From a virus (taxonomy: Duplodnaviria; Caudoviricetes): 54,757 nucleotides of DNA. Positions within the stretch are counted from its first letter, which is position 1, and each line of letters begins with the position of its first letter. Position numbers and translations under genes: made by a program. Positions 16,456 through 28,099 of the stretch are shown here, one piece after another. Under the pieces are notes generated by a model. That model had not been told where the DNA came from and did no database searches. It saw only the letters and a list, made by a program, of their open reading frames with translations. The DNA lies in IMG/VR virus record IMGVR_UViG_3300032270_000402, positions 1-54,757 of that record; one strand, given 5' to 3'.

Positions 16456-19400
16456 ATGGCACAAGTACCATCAAATTTAATTCCTACTCGCATCACTCAG
16501 CTGCAGTATGCGCCTACCGCATCTGAAGATAGCCTGCTGCTGATTGTCTATAACGGGTCATCGTACAAGATCCGCGCAGGAGACTTGCTCGCCGTCGCTG
16601 GTGTGCCTACCAGCCGTCAGGTGCTTGCAGGCACGGGACTGACTGGTGGCGGTGCACTAACTAGCAATGTCACGCTCAGCATCGCGAACGGTGGCGTTGG
16701 CCCGACCCAATTGTCAATCACTGGCGTATCTGCGGGTGCATACGGCAGCGCAACGGCGATCCCTGTGCTGACGATTGATGCGAACGGACGTGTCACGGCC
16801 GCGACCACGATCGCGCCGGTGATCTCGAATGTCGCAGGCGGCGCCGCGAACCGCATCCTGTACCAAACATCCGCTGATAACACGGGCTTTATCTCCGCGC
16901 CGACTTTGGCAAATACCGTGCTGCAATGGAATGGCACAGGGTTTATCTGGTCTCCAGCGGCCGCTGGCAACGTCGCCTCGGTCACTGCCAGCCTGCCTAT
17001 TAGCTCATCTGGTGGGACTACGCCTAATATCAGTATCAGTCAAGCCACTGCTACGACCAATGGATACCTGAGCAGCTCAGACTGGAGCACGTTCAATAAC
17101 AAGCAAGAAGGCTTGACGCTGACCACTGTCGGAACATCTGGCCCTGCGACTTTAGTTGGCGGCATCTTAAATGTCCCCAATTATAACCCGGGCTCTGCGG
17201 TCGTTACCGCAGTGACGGCTACATCGCCTATCGTGTCAACTGGTGGCTCAACGCCTAATATCAGCCTGCCAGCGGCTGACGGGCTAACTGATGGATATTT
17301 AGCAAGCACTGATTGGACTACCTTCAACAATAAGGTTACGTCTGTTAGCGGCACCAGTGGGCGAATCACAAGTACAGGTGGCACAACACCGGCACTGGAT
17401 CTTACCAGTGGAATTGTTTCCGCTGGCACAACTGGCTCAAGCAGCGTCATCCCTGTGGTGACGGTAGATACCTATGGCCGTGTGACAAGCATCACCACAG
17501 CCGCCAACCCACAAGGCACGGTGACATCTATCAATGGCACTGGCTCAGTGAATGGCATTACCTTGACAGGGACAGTGACTAGCACAGGCAATTTGACGCT
17601 TGGCGGCACATTGTCAAATGTCAGCCTTGCCACACAAGTCACAGGCAATCTTCCGGTCACTAATCTCAATAATGGACTTAGCGCCTCTGCTACTACTTTT
17701 TGGCGCGGAGATGGTACGTGGGCAACGCCTATTGATACAGGCATTACAAGCATCTCAATTGCGTCAAGCAATGGTCTAGCAGGGACATCTAGTGGTGGTA
17801 CAACACCTATATTAACACTGTCTACAACCGTTACTGGTTTGCTAAAAGGGAATGGCACATCCATTAGTGCCGCAACTTCTGGTACAGATTACGCCCCTGC
17901 TACATCTGGTACTTCTATTCTTTATGGTAATGGTACTGGCGGGTTTAGTAATGTAACTATTGGTAGCGGCGTCAGTTTTGTTGGGGGGACATTATCTGCT
18001 ACTGGTTCTGGTGGTACGGTTACTTCAGTTACTGGTACAAGTCCTATTGTTTCTTCTGGGGGTACTACTCCAGCAATTAGTATTCCAGCAGCAACCTCTA
18101 CTGTAAGCGGTTATCTGACAAGCACTGACTGGACTACATTTAACAATAAAGGGTCAGGATCAGTAACCTCCGTAGCTGCTCTAACTCTTGGTACAACAGG
18201 TACAGATTTAAGCTCTACTGTTGCCAATGGGACGACTACTCCAGTAATTACTTTGAATGTCCCAACTGCCTCGGCAACAAATCGAGGAGCATTAAGCTCC
18301 ACTGACTGGACTATATTTAACAATAAAGTTACATCTGTTAGCGGTACTGCTGGTCGTATTACAAGCACTGGGGGTAATACCCCAGTTATTGATCTTGCAA
18401 GCGGCGTCGCTACTGCGGGTACAACAGGTTCTAGTACACTGATCCCAGTAGTTACAATTGATACTTACGGGCGCGTAACAAGTATTACCACTGCTTCCAA
18501 TCCGCAGGGTACGGTTACTTCTGTCGCTACATCTGGTAGTGTTAATGGGATTACGTTAACCGGTGGAACAATTACTAGTTCCGGCACAATTACTCTTGGT
18601 GGTACTTTATCCGGCGTTAGCCTGACGACTCAGGTTACTGGGACTTTGCCTGTTGGTAACGGCGGTACTGGAGCTATAACGCTCACTGGGTACGTACAGG
18701 GTAGCGGTACATCTGCGTTTACAGCTTCAAGCACGATCCCCAACACTGACATCACCGGTTTGGGTACGATGTCTACTCAGAACGCATCTAGTGTTGCAAT
18801 CACTGGTGGATCAATCAATGGCACGACCATTGGTGCTGGTACGGCTGCAGCGGGTACATTTACTAATATTACATTAACTACTGGTACGATCAGTACGACG
18901 CCAACCTCTGGCACTGATATTGTCAACAAGTCGTACGCGGATTCGATTTCTTCTGGTGTGAATTATCACCCTTCAGTTCAATATGCTTCTGCCGCTACCC
19001 TGACCAGCACTAGCGGTGCGTATACTTATAGCAATGGCACTGGCGGTGTCGGTGCTACGATTACCGGGCCTGTTAATACTGCGCTAATTATTGATGGTCA
19101 CACAATGGTTGCTGGCGATGTCACTGCCGGTACCCGCGTATTGATCAAGGACGAAACTGGCGCATATGTCAACACGACCACGCCAAGTGCAGCATTTAAC
19201 GGTGCGTATGTTGTCACTCAGGTCGCCACGGTATCTGTTGGTTGGGTTTTAACTCGCGCTACCGACTATGACACTAGCGGCTCTGGCACAAATGAAATCG
19301 ATCAGGGCGATTTCTTCTATGTTGTCTACGGCACTGCCAATACCAATACGTCTTGGATTCAGCAGACTGCTCTGCCTATTACGGTTGGCACTACGCAACT

Positions 19401-22400
19401 TTCATTTGTGCAGTTTGGTGCTGCTACGTTCTACACGGCGGGTACAGGACTGACACTTTCTGGCTCTAACCAGTTCAGCATCACCAACACTGGTGTAACG
19501 GCAAATACCTACGGAAGTGCATCCAATGTGCCTGTGCTGACGGTTAATGCACAGGGTCAGCTAACCAGCGTGACAAACACGCCGATTGCGATCAATGTCT
19601 CTGCCGTTACTGGCGCTGTCACGGGTGTTACAGCTACGGCCCCAGTTGTATCAAGCGGCGGTACAGCTCCTGTTATTAGTATGGCAGCCGCCAGCGGGTC
19701 AACAAATGGTTACCTGACATCAACCGACTGGACTACGTTTAATAATAAAGGCACGGGCACAGTTACGGCAGTTTCTATTGTTTCTGCTAATGGTTTTGCG
19801 GGTACTTCAAGCGGTGGGGCTACTCCTGCACTAACTTTAACTACATCTGTTACCGGTCTACTGAAGGGTAATGGCACTGCAATTAGCGCGGCTACATCGG
19901 GTACAGACTATGCACCAGCCACAAGCGGCAGTAGTATCCTTTACGGCAACAGTTCTGGTGGCTTTAGCAACGTCACCATCGGCAGTGGTGTAAGTTTCGT
20001 TGGCGGTACGTTATCTGCTACGGGTTCTGGCGGTACGGTGACGTCGGTCACTGCAACGTCGCCTGTTGCATCTACTGGGGGTACAACCCCTGTTATTAGT
20101 ATGCCAGCCGCTACATCTACTGTTAGTGGGTATCTAACTTCAACGGATTGGAATACATTTAATAGCAAAGGTACAGTTACTTCAGTTACTGGTACGAGTC
20201 CTATTGTTTCTTCTGGGGGTAATACCCCAGCAATTAGTATTCCAGCAGCAACTTCATTAGCTGGTGGTTATTTGACTTCAACGGATTGGAGTACTTTTAA
20301 TAGTAAAGTTACTTCGGTTACTGCGACATCTCCTGTTGCCTCCACGGGCGGCACAACTCCAGTGATCAGCATGCCAGCCGCGTCGTCTGCTGTTAGCGGG
20401 TATCTGACTTCAACAGACTGGAACACATTTAACAGCAAGGGATCAGGCACGGTGACATCTGTTACCGCAACAAGTCCCGTTGCATCAAGTGGTGGCACGA
20501 CGCCTGCAATCAGCCTGTCCAGCGGTTATGGCGATACACAAAACCCGTATGCAAGCAAGAGTGCAAACTACTTTTTAGCCGCACCGAATGGTGTCGCTGG
20601 AGTGCCTACATTCCGTTCGATTGTTGCTGCCGACATTCCAACACTTAATCAAAATACAACCGGCACAGCATCAAATGTAACCGGTACGGTCGCTATCGCC
20701 AATGGTGGCACAGGTGCAACTACTGCAGCCGCTGCACTGACAAGTCTTGGCGCATATCCTGCCTCAAATCCGAATGGGTATACCAGCAATACGGGCACGG
20801 TGACATCTGTAGCCGCATTAACCCTTGGCACGGCTGGTTCGGATTTAAGTTCTACTGTTGCGAACGGAACAACAACACCAGTCATTACATTAAATGTACC
20901 TACTGCATCCGCAACAAATCGCGGCGCGTTAAGTGCTGCTGACTGGACTACCTTTAACAATAAAGGCTCTGGCAATATCTCAGGCTCCGGTACGACCAAT
21001 TACGTCCCTAAATTTACCAGCTCTACGGCGATTGGTAACAGCTTAATTCAAGACAATGGCGTTGCTAATGTTGGTATCAATTTAGCCCCAGATTATGGTG
21101 CTGCGTTACAGGTTGGTCAGGGCGGTGGGTATTACGGAATTGCGGTCTATGATTCTACAGGACTAGCATCGACCAATGGTTTTACTGCTCTAACTCATTA
21201 CTCAAGCGGAGCATTTCTTTCTACTTATTTTGATACAAGTATCGGTGCAGATACTTTAAGGTTTGGTACGGATGGTACTGAACGTATGCGCATCGACCAC
21301 TACGGCAACGTGGGGATTGGGACGAGTAGTCCTACTGCCAAACTTACCATTACAGATGCAACATCCAGTATCCTTATTGACGGCGGTTCTATTTCAACAC
21401 CTCGCTCTGATGGTTTGTATATTCAAGCATCGGCGGCTGCTCCAATTAAGTTATATACAAACGGTTCAGAACGCCTACGCATCGACTCCTCCGGCAACGT
21501 GGGGATTGGGACGAGTAATCCGAGCTATAAGCTACATATAAGTGGTACGGGGTATGCAAGTTCAGATTTCCGTGCGCCGATTTTCTATGATTCAGACAAC
21601 ACCGCCTATTACGCTAATCCTGCCAGTACTTCTAATTTTTATGCCCTAAATGTAAGTCAATCTATCGGTGGTTATGTCAACGGAGCAAGTTTTGCTAATG
21701 ATAGCGAAGCCCAAGCAGACATCCGTAACCGAGTAACAAGCGGTTTTTACGAATATAGTGCAGCAACTACAGCACTAGGCTGGCCTGTTAATTCAGGAAG
21801 CTGGCAGCATCTATTAGCGTGTACTCACTCTAATGACTCAAATTACTACTCTATGCAGTTTGCTGCAACTTTCTTTGACCAAGGGCTATTTTATAGATCT
21901 ACTGCCGGTAGCGGTACTACTGGATGGTCAAGAGTTGCATTATATGGAAATAACTATGGCAGCAGTTTATATGCAACGATTTATTATGATTCTGACAACA
22001 CTGGGTATTACGTAGACCCAGCAAGCACATCCAATGTCAATGCGATGCTATCTTACTCTTATCAGGGTAATGGTAATGTTGGCGGTACAGGCAGCGCTTC
22101 GTGGCATCCAAGTGGTATTTACTCGGCTGGTACCAACTGGCTATATGGAACTAAATACTTCGGTAACGGAGGTTTATATGATGGAGCGGATGCTCGATTT
22201 ACAATTATCTACGATACTAACGATACCGCCTATTATTTAGATCCTGCCAGCACCGGTATCTCTCTTTCTAGCAATGGTATTGTTTCGTCAGGAGTAGGAA
22301 CAAACGGCGGGTTTCAGAATAGAGTATTTACATCTGGAAGAAATCGTATTTGGAGTTTTGGTAATGCAGACGCTTATGGCATCAGCTATTTCCAAGGTGG

Positions 22401-23472
22401 GCCCGATTATATTGGATTGCATTTTGGAACCGCAACCCAAGCTGCTTCTCAGTTCTGGGTGAGTGATTCAGGAATTTCGCAAACCAGCGGATCGTCTCGT
22501 GCACCAGTATTCTATGATTCTGACAACACTGGATATTACTTAAACCCAAATGGTGGATCAAATTTAGATAGTGTAGTAACAAACGAAGTCTATACCAATG
22601 GATGGTTCCGCAATAATTCAGCCAATTGTGGGTTATATAGTCAAGTACACTTGAACCACTGGTACGCTTCTACTTCTGGATATTGGAATCTTGCCGGAAC
22701 TAATAATAATTATTGTGGAATAGTATTTAGAACTGATGGGCATCAAACAACACCTCGTGGATTTGTTTACGCAGATAACGGTAACAATATAGGGTTCTTA
22801 AATCAAGATGCTAGTTGGAGACTTCGAGTTACTGGGGGAGATTATACTGAGGTCAATGGCTCCTCGATTCGCGCTCCTATTTATTATGACATTGACAACA
22901 CTGGATATTACATAGACCCAAATAATTCTTCTAACATAAATACCATTTATGCTGATAACTGGTTTAGATCATCTGGTAGTACGGGCTGGTATAATTCCAG
23001 TTATAGCGGTGGTATCTATATGCAAGATACTACGTGGGTGCGTGTTTATAATAGCAAAGCATTCTACGTTGATAACCAGATCGCGGCGACGGGCAATATC
23101 ACTGCGTACTACTCAGACGAACGCCTAAAGACTAAAACTAGCAAGATTGAAAATCCGCTAGAAAAGATCAGCAAGCTAGAGGGTTTCCATTACGTCGAAA
23201 ATGAACTAGCCAAGTCACTGGGGTACACTAATGACCGGCAGCAGGTGGGTCTATCTGCCCAGCAGGTACAGAGCGTTCTGCCAGAGGCGGTATCCCTTGC
23301 ACCAGTTGATATGCACACTGATAAGTTTTCTGGCAAAATAACGTCTAAATCTGGCGAGAACTATTTGACTGTTGACTACTCTCGGTTAGTCCCGCTACTT
23401 GTCGAGGCGATCAAAGCGCAGCAGGCTCAGATCGATGAACTAAAACAGCTAGTTGGAAAACTGTCCAGCTAA
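16456..23472 (+). CDS. Giant tail fibre (2338 aa) with C-terminal S74 intramolecular chaperone
   Basis: T/G/S-rich repeats, RMRID..GNVGIGT motifs, and YSDERLK...[13 protein letters not shown]...[15 protein letters not shown]. Confidence 0.9.
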   Translation: MAQVPSNLIPTRITQLQYAPTASEDSLLLIVYNGSSYKIRAGDLLAVAGVPTSRQVLAGTGLTGGGALTSNVTLSIANGGVGPTQLSITGVSAGAYGSATAIPVLTIDANGRVTAATTIAPVISNVAGGAANRILYQTSADNTGFISAPTLANTVLQWNGTGFIWSPAAAGNVASVTASLPISSSGGTTPNISISQATATTNGYLSSSDWSTFNNKQEGLTLTTVGTSGPATLVGGILNVPNYNPGSAVVTAVTATSPIVSTGGSTPNISLPAADGLTDGYLASTDWTTFNNKVTSVSGTSGRITSTGGTTPALDLTSGIVSAGTTGSSSVIPVVTVDTYGRVTSITTAANPQGTVTSINGTGSVNGITLTGTVTSTGNLTLGGTLSNVSLATQVTGNLPVTNLNNGLSASATTFWRGDGTWATPIDTGITSISIASSNGLAGTSSGGTTPILTLSTTVTGLLKGNGTSISAATSGTDYAPATSGTSILYGNGTGGFSNVTIGSGVSFVGGTLSATGSGGTVTSVTGTSPIVSSGGTTPAISIPAATSTVSGYLTSTDWTTFNNKGSGSVTSVAALTLGTTGTDLSSTVANGTTTPVITLNVPTASATNRGALSSTDWTIFNNKVTSVSGTAGRITSTGGNTPVIDLASGVATAGTTGSSTLIPVVTIDTYGRVTSITTASNPQGTVTSVATSGSVNGITLTGGTITSSGTITLGGTLSGVSLTTQVTGTLPVGNGGTGAITLTGYVQGSGTSAFTASSTIPNTDITGLGTMSTQNASSVAITGGSINGTTIGAGTAAAGTFTNITLTTGTISTTPTSGTDIVNKSYADSISSGVNYHPSVQYASAATLTSTSGAYTYSNGTGGVGATITGPVNTALIIDGHTMVAGDVTAGTRVLIKDETGAYVNTTTPSAAFNGAYVVTQVATVSVGWVLTRATDYDTSGSGTNEIDQGDFFYVVYGTANTNTSWIQQTALPITVGTTQLSFVQFGAATFYTAGTGLTLSGSNQFSITNTGVTANTYGSASNVPVLTVNAQGQLTSVTNTPIAINVSAVTGAVTGVTATAPVVSSGGTAPVISMAAASGSTNGYLTSTDWTTFNNKGTGTVTAVSIVSANGFAGTSSGGATPALTLTTSVTGLLKGNGTAISAATSGTDYAPATSGSSILYGNSSGGFSNVTIGSGVSFVGGTLSATGSGGTVTSVTATSPVASTGGTTPVISMPAATSTVSGYLTSTDWNTFNSKGTVTSVTGTSPIVSSGGNTPAISIPAATSLAGGYLTSTDWSTFNSKVTSVTATSPVASTGGTTPVISMPAASSAVSGYLTSTDWNTFNSKGSGTVTSVTATSPVASSGGTTPAISLSSGYGDTQNPYASKSANYFLAAPNGVAGVPTFRSIVAADIPTLNQNTTGTASNVTGTVAIANGGTGATTAAAALTSLGAYPASNPNGYTSNTGTVTSVAALTLGTAGSDLSSTVANGTTTPVITLNVPTASATNRGALSAADWTTFNNKGSGNISGSGTTNYVPKFTSSTAIGNSLIQDNGVANVGINLAPDYGAALQVGQGGGYYGIAVYDSTGLASTNGFTALTHYSSGAFLSTYFDTSIGADTLRFGTDGTERMRIDHYGNVGIGTSSPTAKLTITDATSSILIDGGSISTPRSDGLYIQASAAAPIKLYTNGSERLRIDSSGNVGIGTSNPSYKLHISGTGYASSDFRAPIFYDSDNTAYYANPASTSNFYALNVSQSIGGYVNGASFANDSEAQADIRNRVTSGFYEYSAATTALGWPVNSGSWQHLLACTHSNDSNYYSMQFAATFFDQGLFYRSTAGSGTTGWSRVALYGNNYGSSLYATIYYDSDNTGYYVDPASTSNVNAMLSYSYQGNGNVGGTGSASWHPSGIYSAGTNWLYGTKYFGNGGLYDGADARFTIIYDTNDTAYYLDPASTGISLSSNGIVSSGVGTNGGFQNRVFTSGRNRIWSFGNADAYGISYFQGGPDYIGLHFGTATQAASQFWVSDSGISQTSGSSRAPVFYDSDNTGYYLNPNGGSNLDSVVTNEVYTNGWFRNNSANCGLYSQVHLNHWYASTSGYWNLAGTNNNYCGIVFRTDGHQTTPRGFVYADNGNNIGFLNQDASWRLRVTGGDYTEVNGSSIRAPIYYDIDNTGYYIDPNNSSNINTIYADNWFRSSGSTGWYNSSYSGGIYMQDTTWVRVYNSKAFYVDNQIAATGNITAYYSDERLKTKTSKIENPLEKISKLEGFHYVENELAKSLGYTNDRQQVGLSAQQVQSVLPEAVSLAPVDMHTDKFSGKITSKSGENYLTVDYSRLVPLLVEAIKAQQAQIDELKQLVGKLSS
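16960..20975 (+). repeat. Intragenic fibre repeats: 9 x G[YA]L...DW..FN[NS]K modules
   Basis: Counted in the translation; 18020-18099 and 20175-20255 are near-identical at DNA level. Confidence 0.85.
21571..22935 (+). repeat. Intragenic fibre repeats: 5 x (RAP)I[FY]YD.DNT.YY..P
   Basis: Counted in the translation; they separate variable knob-like domains. Confidence 0.8.
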
Positions 23473-23488
23473 ATACGAGGAAATTGAA

Positions 23489-23839
23489 ATGGCACTTACA
23501 TATACGTGGCAATTAAAGAATCTGAAAAAGACGAGCATCGGTGACTACAAAGACCTCGTCATCGGCACTCAATGGGACTGCACCGGCACCGACGAAAACG
23601 GGGACACCGGCACGTTCAACGGCGCGACCCCATTTAAGGCCGAAGACGTGATCGTCGGCGATTTTATCCCATTTAGCGATTTAACTCAGGACATCGTGCT
23701 TGGATGGGTGCAAAATGCCGTGAGCACTCAGCCGGGCTACCAGCAGCACATTGACGAACAGATCATGAAGCAGATTGAGGTGAAAAAGTACCCAGTCGAT
23801 GACGTCAATGCAGATGTATTGCCGGTGAATCTGGCCTAG
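23489..23839 (+). CDS. Tail-fibre-associated protein
   Basis: GAGG RBS; YTW.....W...GTD...FIPFSDLTQDIVLGWV motif, of a type often found after fibre genes. Confidence 0.7.
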   Translation: MALTYTWQLKNLKKTSIGDYKDLVIGTQWDCTGTDENGDTGTFNGATPFKAEDVIVGDFIPFSDLTQDIVLGWVQNAVSTQPGYQQHIDEQIMKQIEVKKYPVDDVNADVLPVNLA

Positions 23840-23884
23840 TTTTTACAACCCGCCGAGTAATCGGCATTTAATTTGGAGATTACA

Positions 23885-24106
23885 ATGGCTAAAGACACAA
23901 ACAATGCCATCATGATTGACGACGTTGAGTACAATTTCGATGAACTTAGCGACAAGGCTAAGGCATTGGTTCAGCACGTATCTGACCTTGACCGCAAGGT
24001 ATCAACCGCTCGCTTTAATGTCGATCAGCTGCAAGTGGGCCGTGACGCCTTCTACGCGATGCTGAAAGCAGAATTAGAGCCCAAGCCTGCAGAGCAGACG
24101 GAGTAG
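23885..24106 (+). CDS. Hypothetical coiled-coil protein
   Basis: GGAG RBS; IDDVEY..DELSD motif. Confidence 0.7.
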   Translation: MAKDTNNAIMIDDVEYNFDELSDKAKALVQHVSDLDRKVSTARFNVDQLQVGRDAFYAMLKAELEPKPAEQTE

Positions 24107-24108
24107 TC

Positions 24109-24453
24109 ATGATTGAGGAAATGATCAAGCGTTCTTTTGAGATCCGTAACTCGGCTCACGTTCAGCACTGGAAGACCAAATCCTACTCTGAGCATAAGAC
24201 GCTTGGTCATTTCTATGAGGATGTGATTGATACGATCGATAAATTCGTCGAATCGTATCAAGGCGGCGTTGAGTTGATCAAAGACGTCGAAGGCGTCGAT
24301 CCGGCCACGATCAAGATGATCGAAGAGGAGATGCTATGGATTGCCAAGAACCGCGCGGAGCTGAGCAAAGGAGCCCCTGCACTTGAGAACATTTTAGACG
24401 ATCTGGTCGGCATGTACGCCAGAACACTGTACAGACTTGAGAACTTGAGGTAG
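24109..24453 (+). CDS. Ferritin/Dps-like four-helix protein (DUF5856-like)
   Basis: AHVQHWKTKSYSEHKTLGHFYE...D.FVESYQG...LENILDD...LYRL. Confidence 0.7.
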   Translation: MIEEMIKRSFEIRNSAHVQHWKTKSYSEHKTLGHFYEDVIDTIDKFVESYQGGVELIKDVEGVDPATIKMIEEEMLWIAKNRAELSKGAPALENILDDLVGMYARTLYRLENLR

Positions 24454-24458
24454 CCATT

Positions 24459-25184
24459 ATGGCCCAGTCAGGATACACCCCCATTCAGCTCTATCGCAGC
24501 GCGACGGCCTCGGCCGCGCCTGTCTCCGGTAACCTCACGGCTGGCGAAATTGCGCTGAATTACAACACCGCCGACATGGCGCTGTACGCCAAGAATTCCG
24601 GCGGATCTGTCATCCGCATCATGAACAACCCATCGGGGCTCAAGTACCCGACAGTGGATGGTACCAGCGGGCAAGTGCTCAAAACAGATGGCGCCGGTAA
24701 TCTGTCATGGGTGAGTGTGACGAGCGGTACAGTTACTGGCTCAGGTACAACCAATTACGTTCCTAAATTCACCGGATCGACCGCGCTTGGGGATAGCTTA
24801 ATTTCTGACAATGGTACGAATGTCAATATTGGTACGACGACTTCTAATGGTTTAACGGTTACAGGTAACATCACTGCATATTATTCTGATGACCGCCTCA
24901 AAACTCGCAAAGGTAATATTGAAAATGCACTGGGTAAAGTCCTATCTCTGGACGGGTTTCATTACGAAGCCAACGAAGTTGCTCAAGCATTTGGGTATGA
25001 GGTGAAACCTGAAGTCGGTTTGTCTGCTCAACAAGTGCAAGCCGTGTTGCCTGAAGTGGTTGTTCCCGCCCCAATTGACGAACAGTATCTGACCGTTCAT
25101 TATGACCGTCTGATACCGTTACTGGTAGAGGCGATTAAGGAACTAAACGCTAAACTGGATCAAAAGTGCGAGTGCTGTAAATGA
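24459..25184 (+). CDS. Short tail fibre: Mtd_N-like anchor + S74 chaperone
   Basis: IQLYRS...P....L..GEIALN N-terminus, DGTSGQVLKTDGAGNLSW, and YSDDRLK...LLVEAIKEL. Confidence 0.75.
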   Translation: MAQSGYTPIQLYRSATASAAPVSGNLTAGEIALNYNTADMALYAKNSGGSVIRIMNNPSGLKYPTVDGTSGQVLKTDGAGNLSWVSVTSGTVTGSGTTNYVPKFTGSTALGDSLISDNGTNVNIGTTTSNGLTVTGNITAYYSDDRLKTRKGNIENALGKVLSLDGFHYEANEVAQAFGYEVKPEVGLSAQQVQAVLPEVVVPAPIDEQYLTVHYDRLIPLLVEAIKELNAKLDQKCECCK

Positions 25185-26563
25185 CACTGAACTCATCCGG
25201 CCCGATTAGTCTTGGTGGCTCGACTGCAGGGCAGTCTATTGCATTAGAACTTGGGTTATCTAGCACTGCCACCATCACATTAAATGACGCCGCAGTGCGC
25301 AGTCTGGCTGGTGTGCCAAGTGGTGCGATTGTGATGCCTAATGACTTTTGGGGTAAATCATCTGCTACGTATTACTTCACAGTTATTTATGCAAATGCTG
25401 GAGCTGGGCATCCTGTATCTACAGGGGCATTCTCTGTAAACTCCGATAAATCTGTAACCGTATACGGGCGGGTTGATAATACATATTTATTACAAGTTAA
25501 GCTTAATTCATCAGGGACAGCGACTGATTATAAAAAAGGTAGTTTAACTGCCGGTTCAAATCCTGCTCAAGCTGGGGTTAAGGATTCTTCAAATAATATA
25601 TATTTCCCAACCAGTCCTTACCTGTACAAATTTGATTCTACAGGTGCTTTACAATTGATTTATACAAGTACTACTGGTACTCAGAGTTTTACGATAGATA
25701 ATTCTGGATATATTTGGGGGATAGGTAACTCTGGTACTAATGGGTCTACTTTAACAAAATATAATTCATCATTTGTAGTATCCGCATCATATCTAGTAAT
25801 TTCAGGCACCTATACTGTTTCAACTTTGCCAAAACTTGCTAGAAACTATAGCAGCGCAGTTGGTCTTGTTTATACTGTAAATGGATATGCACCTTGTTGC
25901 TGTTACTGGTCACCTTATATAGAGGCCAAACCTAGCGGTGCAGGTGCAGTCGGATGGGCTGTTACTGGTAGTAATTCTGGGGAAGCAACGGGAGTTAATA
26001 CAGATTCTTCAGGTAATGTATATTGGTTTGATGGGGCTGGATATTTAACTAAGTTTAATTCTTCTGGTATAGAGCAGTGGTCAACGTACATCTCCGGATT
26101 TCCAGTTGACTATGCCAATGGGCCGCGCATAGAGATTGACTCGTCTAGTAATGTGTACTTGGTATCAGAAATTAACTGCGTTATCGTAAAATTTAATTCT
26201 TCCGGTGTAACTCAATGGACGAGAAAGCTAAACAATACGACTACGGGGGGGTATATTTATGTGTACGATGCACAAATCAGCCCTAACGACCCTAATGCTT
26301 TGTATATCACAGGGCTTGATTCAAGTACTCCTAGTGAACAGGGGTTTGTGTTTAAGATTCCTACAGATGGCTCATTGATGCAAACCTTTACGATACACGG
26401 TAATTCTTATAGTTATGTTAATCCGGGGTTAGCCACTTATTCATCTTCGGGGTATACTTCATATGCTGATGGTGGTCTACCTACTACTTCTGTTATAAGT
26501 ACAGCAACCTCTGAGACCATATCAACAACCACTGCTTATTCTAGCGCGGTGAAAGTATTATGA
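25181..26563 (+). CDS. Fibre-tip adhesin/receptor-binding protein (gp38-like N-terminus + beta-propeller)
   Basis: MTLNSSGPISLGG...VRSLAG...MPNDFWGKS, then DSS.N.Y and KFNSSG..QW repeats; AT-rich. Confidence 0.65.
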   Translation: MTLNSSGPISLGGSTAGQSIALELGLSSTATITLNDAAVRSLAGVPSGAIVMPNDFWGKSSATYYFTVIYANAGAGHPVSTGAFSVNSDKSVTVYGRVDNTYLLQVKLNSSGTATDYKKGSLTAGSNPAQAGVKDSSNNIYFPTSPYLYKFDSTGALQLIYTSTTGTQSFTIDNSGYIWGIGNSGTNGSTLTKYNSSFVVSASYLVISGTYTVSTLPKLARNYSSAVGLVYTVNGYAPCCCYWSPYIEAKPSGAGAVGWAVTGSNSGEATGVNTDSSGNVYWFDGAGYLTKFNSSGIEQWSTYISGFPVDYANGPRIEIDSSSNVYLVSEINCVIVKFNSSGVTQWTRKLNNTTTGGYIYVYDAQISPNDPNALYITGLDSSTPSEQGFVFKIPTDGSLMQTFTIHGNSYSYVNPGLATYSSSGYTSYADGGLPTTSVISTATSETISTTTAYSSAVKVL

Positions 26564-26904
26564 GCTATCTAAAATTGGCTACGATGGAATATCCACGTTA
26601 TGAGGGAGATATTCGGCTTGAGTATCCTGAGATCACTGAGGATCAGACTGGGGATACATTCCCTGTGCCAGACACTTACGTCAAAGTACAAGATACTACA
26701 CCCCCACAGTTTGATAAGAATACACAATTCCTAGCAGTGACTACGCCAGTTGAAGTTGACGGAGTGTGGCAGCAGGTATGGGCTGTGAATGAATTGCCAC
26801 CTGAAGAAATAGCCAGACGTAAAAAGTTTCGTGACGAGATGATGGCTAAGTCTGGCAGACCCAGTACTGACCTGAACGGAAGTGCGCCCGATGTTATTGC
26901 GTAA
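26560..26904 (+). CDS. Tail fibre assembly-like protein
   Basis: YP....IR...P...P..VDGVWQQVW.V.EL..EEIA. Confidence 0.6.
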   Translation: MSYLKLATMEYPRYEGDIRLEYPEITEDQTGDTFPVPDTYVKVQDTTPPQFDKNTQFLAVTTPVEVDGVWQQVWAVNELPPEEIARRKKFRDEMMAKSGRPSTDLNGSAPDVIA

Positions 26905-27211
26905 GCCCTTAGACGACTGCGGCGATATTCGCGGTACGATCTATGACTTTGAGAAGTCAGGTGACACTCTGCCAAAGCATAACCACGATGAGAATAGTGT
27001 GCATATCACCATTGTGGCGCGGGGTCGGTTTAAGGTCTATTCCCACGACTGGGAGATGGAGGCGACGACTGGGCAAGTGCTAAACTTCCAGCCTAACCAT
27101 CCGCACGAGTTTATGGCACTAGAAGATAATTCTCGTATTGTAAACATACTTAAAAAGCATGGCGGGGTCGTTAATGACTCTACTCCTTACATTGATGCAG
27201 AAGAGCGATGA
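26891..27211 (+). CDS. Cupin-fold protein
   Basis: GDTLPKHNH....HITIVARG...HEFMALEDNSR. Confidence 0.8.
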   Translation: MLLRKPLDDCGDIRGTIYDFEKSGDTLPKHNHDENSVHITIVARGRFKVYSHDWEMEATTGQVLNFQPNHPHEFMALEDNSRIVNILKKHGGVVNDSTPYIDAEER

Positions 27212-27214
27212 GTG

Positions 27215-27460
27215 ATGGAAGTGCAAATTAGTTTTGTCAACACAATAGCAATGATCATAGCCGGTTTGTTTGGCTGGGTTGGCCGTACCTTATGGACGGC
27301 CACTGCCGAGCTTAAGGACGATATTGCCAAGCTCAAAGAAGACATGCCAAAGACATACGTGCTCAAAGACGACTACCGTGATGACATTAAAGAGATCAAA
27401 GAAATGCTGAAAGGAATCCAGCAAGATCTCAAAAACAAAGAAGACAAGATCATCCGATGA
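27215..27460 (+). CDS. Single-TM + coiled-coil protein (holin/antiholin-like)
   Basis: N-terminal TM segment and YVLKDDYRDDIKEI; directly upstream of the endolysin. Confidence 0.55.
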   Translation: MEVQISFVNTIAMIIAGLFGWVGRTLWTATAELKDDIAKLKEDMPKTYVLKDDYRDDIKEIKEMLKGIQQDLKNKEDKIIR

Positions 27461-27891
27461 CTATCAAACTTACCGACCATTTCACGCTTGAAGACCTGAC
27501 GTTCACTGATCACCGTCAGTTTGACAATACGCCCAATGAGAAAGAGATTGCTAACCTAATCAGGCTGGCTCGCTTTCTTGAGCGGGTCAGGGTCGTGCTG
27601 GGCAACAGACCCATCATGATCAACTCGGCATTTCGCTCAAAGAAGGTCAATGACGCTGTCGGATCGTCTGACAAGTCGCAACATCGATTAGGATGCGCGG
27701 CAGACATCAGGGTTGTGGGCATGACCCCTGACGAAGTGGTTAAGGCCATTAAGGCCTCGAACTTAGGCTATGATCAGCTGATACGAGAATTCAACAGATG
27801 GACTCACATCAGTGTGCCAAATGTTGCTGAGGCGGCACCTAGAAAGCAGGTGCTTATTATCGATAATAATGGCCCACGGCCATATGCGTAG
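27457..27891 (+). CDS. Endolysin, peptidase M15A family
   Basis: HFTLEDL, INSAFRS...N.AVG...SQH..G.AADI, DQLIRE...WTHIS. Confidence 0.9.
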   Translation: MTIKLTDHFTLEDLTFTDHRQFDNTPNEKEIANLIRLARFLERVRVVLGNRPIMINSAFRSKKVNDAVGSSDKSQHRLGCAADIRVVGMTPDEVVKAIKASNLGYDQLIREFNRWTHISVPNVAEAAPRKQVLIIDNNGPRPYA

Positions 27892-27900
27892 GAGATTGAT

Positions 27901-28089
27901 ATGAACTCTTTAGTTGGTGCTTTGAAATCCAAGACGGTCTGGGCCGGTGTTGCTACCGCCGTCGCCGGTCAACTGTTCCCTGTAGTGGATGGTTGGGTGG
28001 CCACCAATCCAAGCAAGGCCTCTGCGGTCGTTGGAATGCTGATGATCGTGTTGCGCACGGTCACCACAACCAGCCTGTCTGACAAGTAA
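27901..28089 (+). CDS. Putative holin (2 TM)
   Basis: LKSKTVW, two hydrophobic segments, RTVTT; follows the endolysin. Confidence 0.6.
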   Translation: MNSLVGALKSKTVWAGVATAVAGQLFPVVDGWVATNPSKASAVVGMLMIVLRTVTTTSLSDK

Positions 28090-28099
28090 CACGACCAGA

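Noticed and set aside
16960-22935. CRISPR array
   Set aside because: The repeats are in-frame protein repeats with synonymous divergence and irregular spacing. The Cas4-like gene belongs to the recombination operon.
26461-26481. YADGGLP in the adhesin as another AxGG copy
   Set aside because: Single occurrence in a G/S/Y-rich external protein; could be chance, so it was not counted.
24459-26563. Diversity-generating retroelement, suggested by the Mtd_N-like N-terminus
   Set aside because: No reverse transcriptase and no template/variable repeat pair differing at adenines was seen.
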